NCBI GenBank assembly: GCA_002791595.1
Contig: PFXJ01000092.1
Span: forward strand, 17,847 to 81,846
Source: a candidate division Zixibacteria bacterium CG_4_9_14_3_um_filter_46_8
Lineage (GTDB): Bacteria; Zixibacteria; MSB-5A5; UM-FILTER-46-8
Length of the DNA stretch: 64,000 bases
Direction of reading: 5' to 3'
Part shown: piece after piece, positions 19,419 to 28,528 of the stretch
Layout of the letters: each line of letters begins with the position of its first letter
Numbering within the stretch: position 1 is the stretch's first letter
The notes under the pieces: generated by a model
Database searches by the model: none
Told to the model about the DNA's origin: nothing
What the model saw: the letters and a program-made list of their open reading frames with translations, nothing else
Translations under genes and position numbers: made by a program

Positions 19419-19711
19419 ATTTCTACCCTTCTTAATCTAAACAGTTTATGCAAAATAGCGGTTCCATTTGCGTATAGCCGCATGAATTTTACGCCGCTTG
19501 AGCAGATCCGGTTCCGCACCATACAAAGGCGATAGTGCAGGATCTCGGGCTCAATATAGATGCGTAGGCCCCGCTTTTGCAAGAATGATATTGTCGAAAC
19601 TTCTATGAAAAAGGGTATGAAGGTAATCAAGGGTGCGTAACGCATGGGCATCCATTTCGACTTACGGGGTAGAGATTTGAGGGTCGTTGTTGGTATGGAG
19701 CGCGAGAGATA

Positions 19712-22444
19712 TCAGGGATTGCTGCCCAGCAGTTTATCAAGAAAATCCCCACTTCCAATTTCGCTTATCCGGAGCAACCTGACTTTCGAAGCCAGATTAG
19801 ATTCTATATTTGCTGGAGTATATAATTCCTGGTGGGCTTTGGAAAAATCGTCATCCGCGATGACCACATTAAGCAGGATATTCAAATTGGGGGCAATAGT
19901 CGTCAGATTTCTGAATCTATCATTGATGGCTTTGTTGAAGGTGGTTATTGATGTGGCAACTTCGATTGCGGAGAGAATGTTTTGGGAACCTGTTAGAATT
20001 ATCAAATCTATTTCTTTTACCAATCTGAAAACATTAGGGGTAAGACCAACTTCAAAACCGCTCAGCTTCAGGCTCAACTCGTTCAACATTGGGGATTTCC
20101 TTTGTTCAGTTTCTCCGATGTGAACATTGTAACCTCTGCTTTTCGCGGTCTCGGCGATGACCTTAATTATTCCATTATGATCGAGCAGAATGGGGATATC
20201 GATGTCTAAGGCTATCTGATCAGCTATCGCCTGATTTATTTGGCCGGGCGTTTTTGCCCTCGGATTCAAAATATAGAATTCCCGTTTTTGGCCTTTAGTC
20301 TTCAGTTTCTTGCAATATTTGGTCAGCACTTTATCAATTGTGCTCATTTGCGGGCGGTAGGAATTGACTAATTGAGAATATGTCATTACCAGCAATTCAT
20401 CAAGGCTTGCTTTCGTATGTTCCGAAAGATGGCTGAAAATAAGTTGCTGGGCAAGGTTTTCGGCTGGGATGGAATCAAGGAATTTTATTGCCCCTGACGG
20501 CTCAACCATATCTACCATGAACCACTTCTTTTCTTTCTTGTCAAATATAAAGTTCCCACTGGAAAGCAATAGTCGCAGATCAAACTTGGCCAGCCGAGCC
20601 AATAGCCCTTTTTCGGAGAGATATGGCAACAAGCCGGTCATCAGTGTGGTCTCATCTGCGCCGCCGTGATACCTGATTATTTGCTCACATTTTTGCAGGA
20701 GAGATTTCTCTTCATCTGTGGAGAGATGCTCTTTTATCGCCTCTAATTCGATGGTTGACTCGTAGGGCTTGAAAGAGAGAATGAAATCGCCCAACATCGA
20801 GCCGGTTCTTTTCTGGTGAATCGTTTGGGTGTAGTTCTCAATCGGCGGTTGATAAACCATCCCCCGATTCCTGCATTCCTCCAATGATGGAAGCCTGAAA
20901 CCCGCCCTTATTGCGGCGCGGTTCATCGCCATCCACACGCCGATGTCCCGGTTGTGAAAGGTCAATGCCATCCATCCATCTGGTTTGATAACCCGCCGGC
21001 ATTCCTTGAATATTTTGAACAGCATATCTTCATAAAATTTTCTATCTTTCGCTCCATCGAAGCCGGAATGCCGGGTTTCGATGGCTTCATTTTCCTTGGG
21101 CGCTCCATTCTTCAAACCGAGGAATTCCCTGATCCAGACTAGATAGAAGTCAGACAACTCCGCGTATTGGACATTTCCCCCAAATGGTGGGTCGGTGATC
21201 ACCGCGTCAATGGATGCGTCAGGCAGTTTGATCTCGTGGCTTGATTGAGTCAGAATCCAACAAGTGGCTCCGTTATGTATCTCCTCCCAGGGTTTAAGAG
21301 TCCTGGGAAACGAGCAAAAGTCCCCGATCTCCCGTTCTTGCTCGGCTTTGCCGGCTTTGAAGGCGGCAAAACGCTTCCGCATCGGGTCAATCGGAGACGC
21401 TTCCAAGTATGTATAGGGTGGCCAGTATATGTGGCCGGGCCATTCCAAAGGCCTATCGCCCCGCCATGCTTCGCTTCTAATAACCATCTTGTTGACGAAA
21501 CGAATCGAGGCGGAGAAAATATGAATCAACCCTTGTTTTATTGATTCGTCTTTTACATTTTCTCTAATCCATTTCTTTGCTAAGCCCAAGCTTATTCGCT
21601 GTCTTGGCGTGAAGTAGTCGGCAAATTTGAGAAAGCCCTTGTTATAAAGATTGTTCTCCCTAACGGAATTCATATCAGGGAAATCATCCTTCGGTATCAC
21701 CAATTTTTCTTTTTTTATTACGCTTTTTTCTGTCTTTGAAATTGAATTATAGAGCCTAATATCTCCAATTGTTGCCGGCCTAATGCGCCGTTCCTCACAG
21801 TTTTCGCAATTCACCAAAACGGAAAGCATCTTATCCGGAAGCCGTTCGCAATCGTCAGCTTTCAATCGCGCTTTGCATTTCGGATTGGTGCATTCATAAA
21901 CAGCGTTGGGATGTTTTGTCGCATTTCCCAAGACCACCGAGCTCTTGCAGTCAGGGCATTTTATCACATTCGACCATTCGAACCATTCCGCAACAGCCGA
22001 CTTACCGCACTTGGTGCATTTCGCACGAAAAAGAGTCTCAATGTTTTGTTTGCTCCAGTCGAACCATTTTTGGAACGCCTTTTCCACAGCATCGATATCT
22101 ATCGGTGAAGCTTCAACCTGGGTTATCCAGGTCGCCAAAGGATTTAAGTCTATTCCGACCACCCGTCTCCGCAACTTCAAAGCTTCAACCACTGTCACCC
22201 CGCCCCCGCAGAATGGATCCAAAATGATGTCCCCCGGATTGGAATAATGCTCGATCATTTTCGAGAAAACGTTATGTGGCCGTCTGGCATAGTACCGGTG
22301 CATCTTATAAATGGGCGTGTGAGCTTTTGCCAGCACCGGCGCTATGATAGGTCTAAGCGGTTTGCTCTTAAGACCCTCTTTTTGGACCTGCAAATCTATG
22401 GCTTCGTGGACGGTTTTGGCTTGTAAATCAAGTTCCCTATTCAT
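19712..22444 (-). CDS. Zn-ribbon-containing N6-adenine/N4-cytosine DNA methyltransferase (COG1743-like), 910 aa, with a ~400-aa C-terminal extension of unknown function
   Basis: Motif I is ILDPFCGGGVTVVEA (FxGxG), and motif IV, ITDPPFGG (DPPF), lies ~300 aa downstream. Between them are several CxxC pairs (CTKCGK...CPDCK...CTNPKCK...CENCEE). The ATG is 2 nt downstream of the murA stop (TAA-TT-ATG), with a GGCGGAG RBS inside the murA 3' end. I see no nuclease motif and no R or ATPase partner gene on either flank. Confidence 0.8.
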   Translation of the reverse strand: MNRELDLQAKTVHEAIDLQVQKEGLKSKPLRPIIAPVLAKAHTPIYKMHRYYARRPHNVFSKMIEHYSNPGDIILDPFCGGGVTVVEALKLRRRVVGIDLNPLATWITQVEASPIDIDAVEKAFQKWFDWSKQNIETLFRAKCTKCGKSAVAEWFEWSNVIKCPDCKSSVVLGNATKHPNAVYECTNPKCKARLKADDCERLPDKMLSVLVNCENCEERRIRPATIGDIRLYNSISKTEKSVIKKEKLVIPKDDFPDMNSVRENNLYNKGFLKFADYFTPRQRISLGLAKKWIRENVKDESIKQGLIHIFSASIRFVNKMVIRSEAWRGDRPLEWPGHIYWPPYTYLEASPIDPMRKRFAAFKAGKAEQEREIGDFCSFPRTLKPWEEIHNGATCWILTQSSHEIKLPDASIDAVITDPPFGGNVQYAELSDFYLVWIREFLGLKNGAPKENEAIETRHSGFDGAKDRKFYEDMLFKIFKECRRVIKPDGWMALTFHNRDIGVWMAMNRAAIRAGFRLPSLEECRNRGMVYQPPIENYTQTIHQKRTGSMLGDFILSFKPYESTIELEAIKEHLSTDEEKSLLQKCEQIIRYHGGADETTLMTGLLPYLSEKGLLARLAKFDLRLLLSSGNFIFDKKEKKWFMVDMVEPSGAIKFLDSIPAENLAQQLIFSHLSEHTKASLDELLVMTYSQLVNSYRPQMSTIDKVLTKYCKKLKTKGQKREFYILNPRAKTPGQINQAIADQIALDIDIPILLDHNGIIKVIAETAKSRGYNVHIGETEQRKSPMLNELSLKLSGFEVGLTPNVFRLVKEIDLIILTGSQNILSAIEVATSITTFNKAINDRFRNLTTIAPNLNILLNVVIADDDFSKAHQELYTPANIESNLASKVRLLRISEIGSGDFLDKLLGSNP

Positions 22445-22446
22445 AA

Positions 22447-23709
22447 TTACTCCGCCAGCCTTTTAATATCGGCCCCCACCGACTGCAATGCCTCATCGAT
22501 ATTTTCATATCCTCTATCGATATGATAAGCCCGCAGAATCTCGGTGGTTCCTTTCGCTCCCAGCGCCGCCACCACCAGCGCCGCGCCGGCCCGTATATCC
22601 GAAGCCATCACCGATGCTCCGTGCAGATGCTCGACGCCACTGATGACCGCCCGATCCCCCATCACTCTGATATCAGCTCCGAGCCTTTTCAGTTCCATCG
22701 CATGCCCCATTCTGTTCTCAAAGACGGTCTCGACTATATTGCTGACTCCGTCCGACACCGCGCATAATGCCATAAAGCAGGATTGAAGGTCGGTGGGAAA
22801 TCCGGGAAAGGGAAAGGTGGTTATATCGACAGATTTCAATCGATTCTGACAGGAAACCGCCAAGCCATTCTCCATTTGGATTACATCAACTCCCATATCG
22901 CGGAGTTTCATAAGAGGCATCTGCAAATCCGATTCTCGCGCATTCTCAAGGAATAATTCACCGCCGGCAATGGCGACTGCGCAGGCATAAGTGCCGGCGA
23001 CGAGCCGATCCGGCATCGCATCATAGTGGCACCCATAAAGCCGCTCGACACCTTCGATTTCGATGAAAGTGGAACCGGCACCCTGTATGCGGGCGCCCAT
23101 TCTGATGAGGAAATTGGCTAAGTCCACAACCTCCGGATCGCAAGCGGCGTTGACAATGCGGGTGATTCCATTTCCCAAAGCTCCGGCCAGCATTATGTTT
23201 TCGGTGCCGGTATGGCTGGGCCTATCGAAGAATGCTTCGCCGCCACGGATTTTCTCGGCAGTCGCACGAATATACCCCTCCTTATCGGAAACGACTGCTC
23301 CAATCGATTGAAATCCTTTGATATGCAGGTCAACCGGACGCGCCCCAAGGACACATCCTCCGGGCAGAGATACTTCCGCCTGGCCGAATCGTCCCAGTAA
23401 GGGCCCCATCACCAAGAATGAAGCCCTCATTTGTCTGACCAGCTCATACGGGGCGCGGAAGTTGGCGATATTCTTGGCTGATATTATTACTCGATGGGAT
23501 TCACCATCATGATTGACTTCGGCTCCCAGAGTCTTCAAGACTTTGAGCATAGCATCTATGTCCCGGATATTGGGGACATTGTCAATAATGCACTCGCCAT
23601 CAGAAGCCAAAATTGTGCCTGCAAGGATTGGCAAGACCGAATTTTTCGAGCCGCCGATGCCAATGCGACCTGTTAATCTTTTTCCACCATTTATGACTAA
23701 TTTATCCAT
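22447..23709 (-). CDS. murA: UDP-N-acetylglucosamine 1-carboxyvinyltransferase
   Basis: MDKLVINGGKRLTGRIGIGGSKNSVLPILAG and the overall 420 aa length match MurA (EPSP synthase fold). Confidence 0.9.
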   Translation of the reverse strand: MDKLVINGGKRLTGRIGIGGSKNSVLPILAGTILASDGECIIDNVPNIRDIDAMLKVLKTLGAEVNHDGESHRVIISAKNIANFRAPYELVRQMRASFLVMGPLLGRFGQAEVSLPGGCVLGARPVDLHIKGFQSIGAVVSDKEGYIRATAEKIRGGEAFFDRPSHTGTENIMLAGALGNGITRIVNAACDPEVVDLANFLIRMGARIQGAGSTFIEIEGVERLYGCHYDAMPDRLVAGTYACAVAIAGGELFLENARESDLQMPLMKLRDMGVDVIQMENGLAVSCQNRLKSVDITTFPFPGFPTDLQSCFMALCAVSDGVSNIVETVFENRMGHAMELKRLGADIRVMGDRAVISGVEHLHGASVMASDIRAGAALVVAALGAKGTTEILRAYHIDRGYENIDEALQSVGADIKRLAE

Positions 23710-23757
23710 TGTCTTATTCCCTGATATTTGGAAAATTAAGAGACATGCGCCTTGATA

Positions 23758-24096
23758 TCATTCGTTCTTTTTGCCGATCATATATCCAAAGATGGTCAGC
23801 ACCAGCACTCCGATGCCGGCGGCTCCTCGGTACAAATAGAAGCTATTATATCCGAATCTGAAAATATCATTACCCGCCACAACCAGCAAGACCAAGCTTT
23901 GCAGAAGCAAGATGACGAATAGCACCTTATTGGCGCGAATCGGATCGCCGCCAAATCCAAAAGCGGCGTAAATTGAACCCCAGTTGACTAAGAATATTGG
24001 CAGGATATCTATCCGACCCGAAGCGAACAACTGCGTGATGAGCACCATCAATGCCGCGGCGATACCGGATCCTATAATGTTGAGAATATGAACCAT
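23758..24096 (-). CDS. Hypothetical small integral membrane protein
   Basis: 112 aa with 3-4 predicted TM helices. Start and stop are contiguous with the downstream lipoprotein gene. Confidence 0.5.
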   Translation of the reverse strand: MVHILNIIGSGIAAALMVLITQLFASGRIDILPIFLVNWGSIYAAFGFGGDPIRANKVLFVILLLQSLVLLVVAGNDIFRFGYNSFYLYRGAAGIGVLVLTIFGYMIGKKNE

Positions 24097-24097
24097 A

Positions 24098-24532
24098 TCA
24101 ATAGAGATAAATTATCTTCCATCCATCAGGTGATTTAAGGAGACCTACTTTGGTGTAATTCTGTATGCCGGTATCTTTGCCGATAAAGCTCAATTCCACT
24201 TCCGCTCGATCGTCGGTAATCTTGCCCTTGCCGACAACTATCTGGCTATTCAGGTAATATAACCGCCGATTGCCGCTGTCAATTAAGCTATTGAAAAACT
24301 CCGCCTTGTAATAAATCAGGGAGCGAGACGAGTCTTCCGGCGACATTTCTTCCAAACGGCTCTTTATCATCCCTTCCCAGTTCACCATGGACTCAATTGC
24401 GGTCGAATCGTTGCTGATGATCGCCCCAACGAATTCCTTGACCACATTACGCGGATCATCCCTCCCCGAACAGCTAATTATTAACAATGAGAAGAGGAGA
24501 AATATAACCGGCCAGTATCTTCGCTTATTCAT
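24098..24532 (-). CDS. Hypothetical lipoprotein
   Basis: Lipobox-like signal MNKRRYWPVIFLLFSLLIISCSG. No functional motif. Confidence 0.55.
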   Translation of the reverse strand: MNKRRYWPVIFLLFSLLIISCSGRDDPRNVVKEFVGAIISNDSTAIESMVNWEGMIKSRLEEMSPEDSSRSLIYYKAEFFNSLIDSGNRRLYYLNSQIVVGKGKITDDRAEVELSFIGKDTGIQNYTKVGLLKSPDGWKIIYLY

Positions 24533-24693
24533 TCTTTACGCTCAAGCTAAATATTATCCTATTCTCTCGAACTGTCAAGCGTATTGGGATAATAAATCAA
24601 AAAAACTGCGTTTTTGGGCCTCGAATTTGAGGCGGCCCTTTTGTAGAACGGCTGAATCTTATCCCAGCAAGATTGGCAACGGTCGGTTTAAAT

Positions 24694-24723
24694 AAAAAAC
24701 CACCCCCTTGTCAGAGGGTGGTT
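24694..24723 (-). terminator. Rho-independent terminator after the creatininase / histidine phosphatase gene pair
   Basis: The minus-strand reading is GGATAACCACCCTCTGACAAGGGGGTGGTTTTTT: a GC-rich stem with a U-tract. Confidence 0.6.
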
Positions 24724-24959
24724 ATCCGGATCTGAATCCCTGTTGTTATCCGGCGGCCAACCGATCTGTTTATGGTTATACGGGGACTAGATCCATACCG
24801 CAAAGCTACCGCTATTCTGAATGGAGGCCGGTTATCTATTCTCTCGGATTGATAACCTGATTACAGTCGCTTCGCCTGCAATAAAAGCATTATAATTAAC
24901 ACTTTTGCCGATAATCTCATCCCTTACCGTAACATAAGTGGATAGATTTAATGTCCATC

Positions 24960-25529
24960 CTATTTTATTTTCACATCCCCTTTGACAAACTTTAAGTCGG
25001 GTATGGATAATACAATCAGGGAGGGAAGGACCAGTTGATTGAAGATTTTGAATGCTCCAATCTTGAGCACCCTGGACAGAAAAACCGAAAGTATCAAACC
25101 GTGGGAGACTGCAACGATATTCCCACAATTGTCATTGGACATTAAATAATCAACTACCGATTTAAGACGGTAATAACAATCATCTGCAGTTTCATCTCCT
25201 AAAATCATACTGGCGGGATTGGTGAAGAAATTTCTGATTGAAATATCATAATCGCTCTTACGCACGTATCCTTGTGGATTTCGGTCAACATCTCGAAGCT
25301 GGTCAATTTTCTCCAGCGGGACATTGTATTTTTCAGCCATTATAGCCGCGGTTTCCAATGCTTTGGGTTCCGGGCTGGTGTAGATTTTATTCAGCTCATA
25401 ATGAGAAATCCTTTCACAGAACTCGAGGGTTTGTGTTGCTCCCTCACTGGAGAGATGCCAGGTAGATGGATGTCGATTGGGATCTATGCGAGGCATCGCA
25501 TGACGGATCAAAATCAGTCTTCTCACCAA
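24960..25529 (-). CDS. Histidine phosphatase family protein (phosphoglycerate mutase-like)
   Basis: N-terminal RHG-type motif LILIRHAMP and a downstream catalytic His context (VAVSHGLIL). Confidence 0.75.
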   Translation of the reverse strand: MVRRLILIRHAMPRIDPNRHPSTWHLSSEGATQTLEFCERISHYELNKIYTSPEPKALETAAIMAEKYNVPLEKIDQLRDVDRNPQGYVRKSDYDISIRNFFTNPASMILGDETADDCYYRLKSVVDYLMSNDNCGNIVAVSHGLILSVFLSRVLKIGAFKIFNQLVLPSLIVLSIPDLKFVKGDVKIK

Positions 25530-26452
25530 CCGAACCTGCCGAAAATAAGAAATGCCATAATCAAGAGGATGATGATTACTGCCAGGCCCAATATCCGTTT
25601 GAATTCGGTTCGAAAAATATACATCCCGTAAAATCTGCTCGTCACCTCTTTTGAAACATCATCGCCATCGAGATGGCGGCAGATTATATCTAATCCGATC
25701 CGATCCAAAATTCTAATGGAGGCCTCCGAGAATTCGACCGATGCTTTATGGGGAGCGCCGAAGTATCCCAGTCCTTTTCCCTTAGACCATGACGATTTCC
25801 TCCCCAATTGATGGTAAGGCACAAGCATAGGCTCAAGACCCTTATATCCGGCTTGCACGCATTCCGGCTGAATTTTTAGCATCATTGAGGTCTCCCACCA
25901 TCCGGCGTGAATGTCTTCACTCAAGAGCCGCTTTTCTTGGTCAGTGAATTCGATGCCCATTTCTTTCTCAAAATCAGCGATGAACCCGCCGGAAAGGAAT
26001 TTCTCGGCTATGGCGCCGGTAATCGAAATCATCCGGGCGTCGTATTTTTTGGAGACGCGACTGCAGGCCTCCTCCAAAGCCACGATATGCCGGGGGCCGC
26101 CATGAAATGAAAAAACGATAATATATTTGAAACCGTAAATAGCAAATGCCGAACCGACGCCGGAAACGAGGTCTCTGACCACGCGTTGTCTTAAATTTAT
26201 CGAACCGATAAATTTGAAAACTTGTGTGCCTACCGGCAAGAGGGGATGGATGACTATATCCCATTCGGGTTTGAGCGTTTGAAGCTTCTCCGCGGTGGAA
26301 AAAGCGAAATATTCGGCATTGAAAGCATCAACACCCACCGGTAAATGGGGACCGTGCTCCTCCAACGGAGATATGGGAATGAAAATCGCTGTCTTGTCTC
26401 GCCGAAGCGAGTCAACCTGGCGATAATTTAGTCTTTCAAAACGATGAATCAT
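25523..26452 (-). CDS. Creatininase family amidohydrolase
   Basis: The metal-binding N-terminal block PLEEHGPHLPVGVDAFNAEYFA resembles the creatininase EQHGPHLPL motif. Overlaps the downstream gene by 7 nt. Confidence 0.7.
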   Translation of the reverse strand: MIHRFERLNYRQVDSLRRDKTAIFIPISPLEEHGPHLPVGVDAFNAEYFAFSTAEKLQTLKPEWDIVIHPLLPVGTQVFKFIGSINLRQRVVRDLVSGVGSAFAIYGFKYIIVFSFHGGPRHIVALEEACSRVSKKYDARMISITGAIAEKFLSGGFIADFEKEMGIEFTDQEKRLLSEDIHAGWWETSMMLKIQPECVQAGYKGLEPMLVPYHQLGRKSSWSKGKGLGYFGAPHKASVEFSEASIRILDRIGLDIICRHLDGDDVSKEVTSRFYGMYIFRTEFKRILGLAVIIILLIMAFLIFGRFGW

Positions 26453-26584
26453 AAAACACTACCAATAAGAGAACAGTGCTCCGACCATAGGTTATAATAT
26501 ATCAACGGCGAAAACAATCATAAATGAAATTGAGAAACGAATAACTCTTGCAAATGGTTCATAGTTAATGTATCTAAAGAAACT

Positions 26585-27739
26585 TTGAAGACATTCGAGG
26601 TTTTGATTCAGGTTGGTTTAATAATTCTGAGTGTCGGATACGCCATCGGCATACTAATTCTCAGAAAAGGTCTGAATTTGGCCTCACAGATGACCGTGAA
26701 CACATTGACTGATGATGAAAATTTGCCTTCGGTGACTGTTCTAGTCCCTGCTCGAAATGAGGCAGAAAATATCTCCAAAGTGGTAGATGATCTCAGCAGA
26801 CAGGATTACCCTCGCAATAAGATTCTCTTTATGATAATAGATGATTTTTCCGAAGATGGCACGGCTGAAATGGCCCGGAATGCGGTTTTGATGGATGAAC
26901 GATTCAGGATACTGGAGCTATCCGGCCAAACCGATTATATTGCCCGGACTTTACTTTCTGCCAAGAAGAGGGCAATTGATTTTGGGGTCCGCAACGCCAC
27001 CACAGATTTTGTGCTTTTCACTGATGCCGATTGCCGCCTTGGACCTTGCTGGGCAAGAAGTATGATGAGCTATTTGGGCGGCTCCTGCTCCATTGTTGCC
27101 GGGCATGTCGGATTTCATTATGATTCCGTGCTGAAAGGAGCGCTGGCGTTGGAGTCTTTGGCCACCAGATTAATTTCCGCTGGAGCCATCGGGCTGGGCG
27201 AAGCGATAACTTGCGCCGGTGGGAATTGGGGTTATCGCAGGCAGATTTACGAAAAACTGGGAGGATTTGAGAGATATCAGAAAGTCCTCTCCGGCGATGA
27301 TACCCTTTTGATTCAATCGGCAGTGGCTAAAGGGGAAAAGGCGGTTTTCAATTTCGACAAGCGGAGCTTTGTATTTACGACTGAGCGAGGAAGCCTCTAT
27401 GAGATATTCATCAGGCGAATCCGCAGGCTGGGCATCACGCCGAATTTTCAGGCCGGAATTATGATTTTTTCTGCATTGATTTTCATTTATGCCTGGCTGT
27501 TGGCGCTGACGCCGGTGTTGGCTTTAATCAGGCCATCATTAATAGGCATTCTGATAGCGGCATGGGTGTGGAAATTCGCTTTTGATTTTTGGATTTTAAG
27601 TAATGGGGCAAAGATCTTTGATGCGACTCCGTTGCTAAAATATCTTCCTATCACCGGTATGATATATCCTTATTATATCGCCATTGTGGGATCGCTGTCG
27701 CTGGTGATGCGCGGGAGCTGGAAAGGACGCATAGCTTGA
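26585..27739 (+). CDS. Family 2 glycosyltransferase, membrane-bound
   Basis: N-terminal TM helix, then the GT-A motifs VLVPARNEAENI ... IIDDFSEDGT ... DAD, then four C-terminal TM helices. Confidence 0.8.
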   Translation: MKTFEVLIQVGLIILSVGYAIGILILRKGLNLASQMTVNTLTDDENLPSVTVLVPARNEAENISKVVDDLSRQDYPRNKILFMIIDDFSEDGTAEMARNAVLMDERFRILELSGQTDYIARTLLSAKKRAIDFGVRNATTDFVLFTDADCRLGPCWARSMMSYLGGSCSIVAGHVGFHYDSVLKGALALESLATRLISAGAIGLGEAITCAGGNWGYRRQIYEKLGGFERYQKVLSGDDTLLIQSAVAKGEKAVFNFDKRSFVFTTERGSLYEIFIRRIRRLGITPNFQAGIMIFSALIFIYAWLLALTPVLALIRPSLIGILIAAWVWKFAFDFWILSNGAKIFDATPLLKYLPITGMIYPYYIAIVGSLSLVMRGSWKGRIA

Positions 27740-28512
27740 AAAATATAATTTTAGCCATATCGCTTTTGCTGATTTGGGCCAACCACGCACTGAGCTTTGA
27801 TTTTCTGAGGGCGGAAAAGGCGAAATATGAAGTAAGGTACCTGACCTTGCCGGTAGTGCGAGTTTCGATGGAAAGCACGCCGATTACCGAACCCGATTCC
27901 GGCTCTTATAGGATCTACATCACTGCCCGAACGACCAAATTCTGGAGCATGTTTTATCCCATCGATAATTTTTACTGGACTTACCTGGATACCATTGGCC
28001 TGCCCCTGATATACCGCCGGAATATCAACGAGAAATCGCTCAAAAAGCAGTCGAGTGAGCAATTCGATCATCGCTTCAACCGTATCTATTACGAAGGCGA
28101 TACCGCCATTGATCATCCCGGAGACCTGGAAAATTTCTTCTCCGCACTCTATCGATTGCGGACTGCCCCGCTATATCTGGGAATGGCCGACAGCTTTTAT
28201 ATCAATGTGGAAAAAGCCTCCTGGATAGCCCGATGGACAGTTGAAGGGATTAAAGACATCAAAGCCGGCGGCAAACAGATCAGTTGTTATCAAATCGATG
28301 TCAAGTTCACTTCCAAACTGCAGGATACCAAACGCTTGCCCACAGACGCCCTGTCGTTAAATCTGGTCAGCGAAGATACTATTTTGAAAATCTATATCTC
28401 TAAGGATGATTGGCGATTGCCGATCAATGTGGAGTACCAATTGACTCCATTCGATGTCGAAGCTATCATCACCGAATTCCCAAAGGGTTATTTGGAACCG
28501 GAAAACCGTTAA
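27736..28512 (+). CDS. Hypothetical secreted protein (possible DUF3108-like partner of the glycosyltransferase)
   Basis: Signal peptide present. The start overlaps the GT2 stop as ATGA. No catalytic motif. The family guess rests on context only. Confidence 0.45.
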   Translation: MKNIILAISLLLIWANHALSFDFLRAEKAKYEVRYLTLPVVRVSMESTPITEPDSGSYRIYITARTTKFWSMFYPIDNFYWTYLDTIGLPLIYRRNINEKSLKKQSSEQFDHRFNRIYYEGDTAIDHPGDLENFFSALYRLRTAPLYLGMADSFYINVEKASWIARWTVEGIKDIKAGGKQISCYQIDVKFTSKLQDTKRLPTDALSLNLVSEDTILKIYISKDDWRLPINVEYQLTPFDVEAIITEFPKGYLEPENR

Positions 28513-28528
28513 CGATGTTGATCAGAAA

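Noticed and set aside
24616-24645. Plus-strand hairpin plus T-run (GGGCCTCGAATTTGAGGCGGCCC-TTTT) considered as a terminator of a plus-strand gene
   Set aside because: There is no plus-strand gene upstream. It is probably a second or bidirectional hairpin in the minus-strand intergenic region, so I did not list it as a separate feature.
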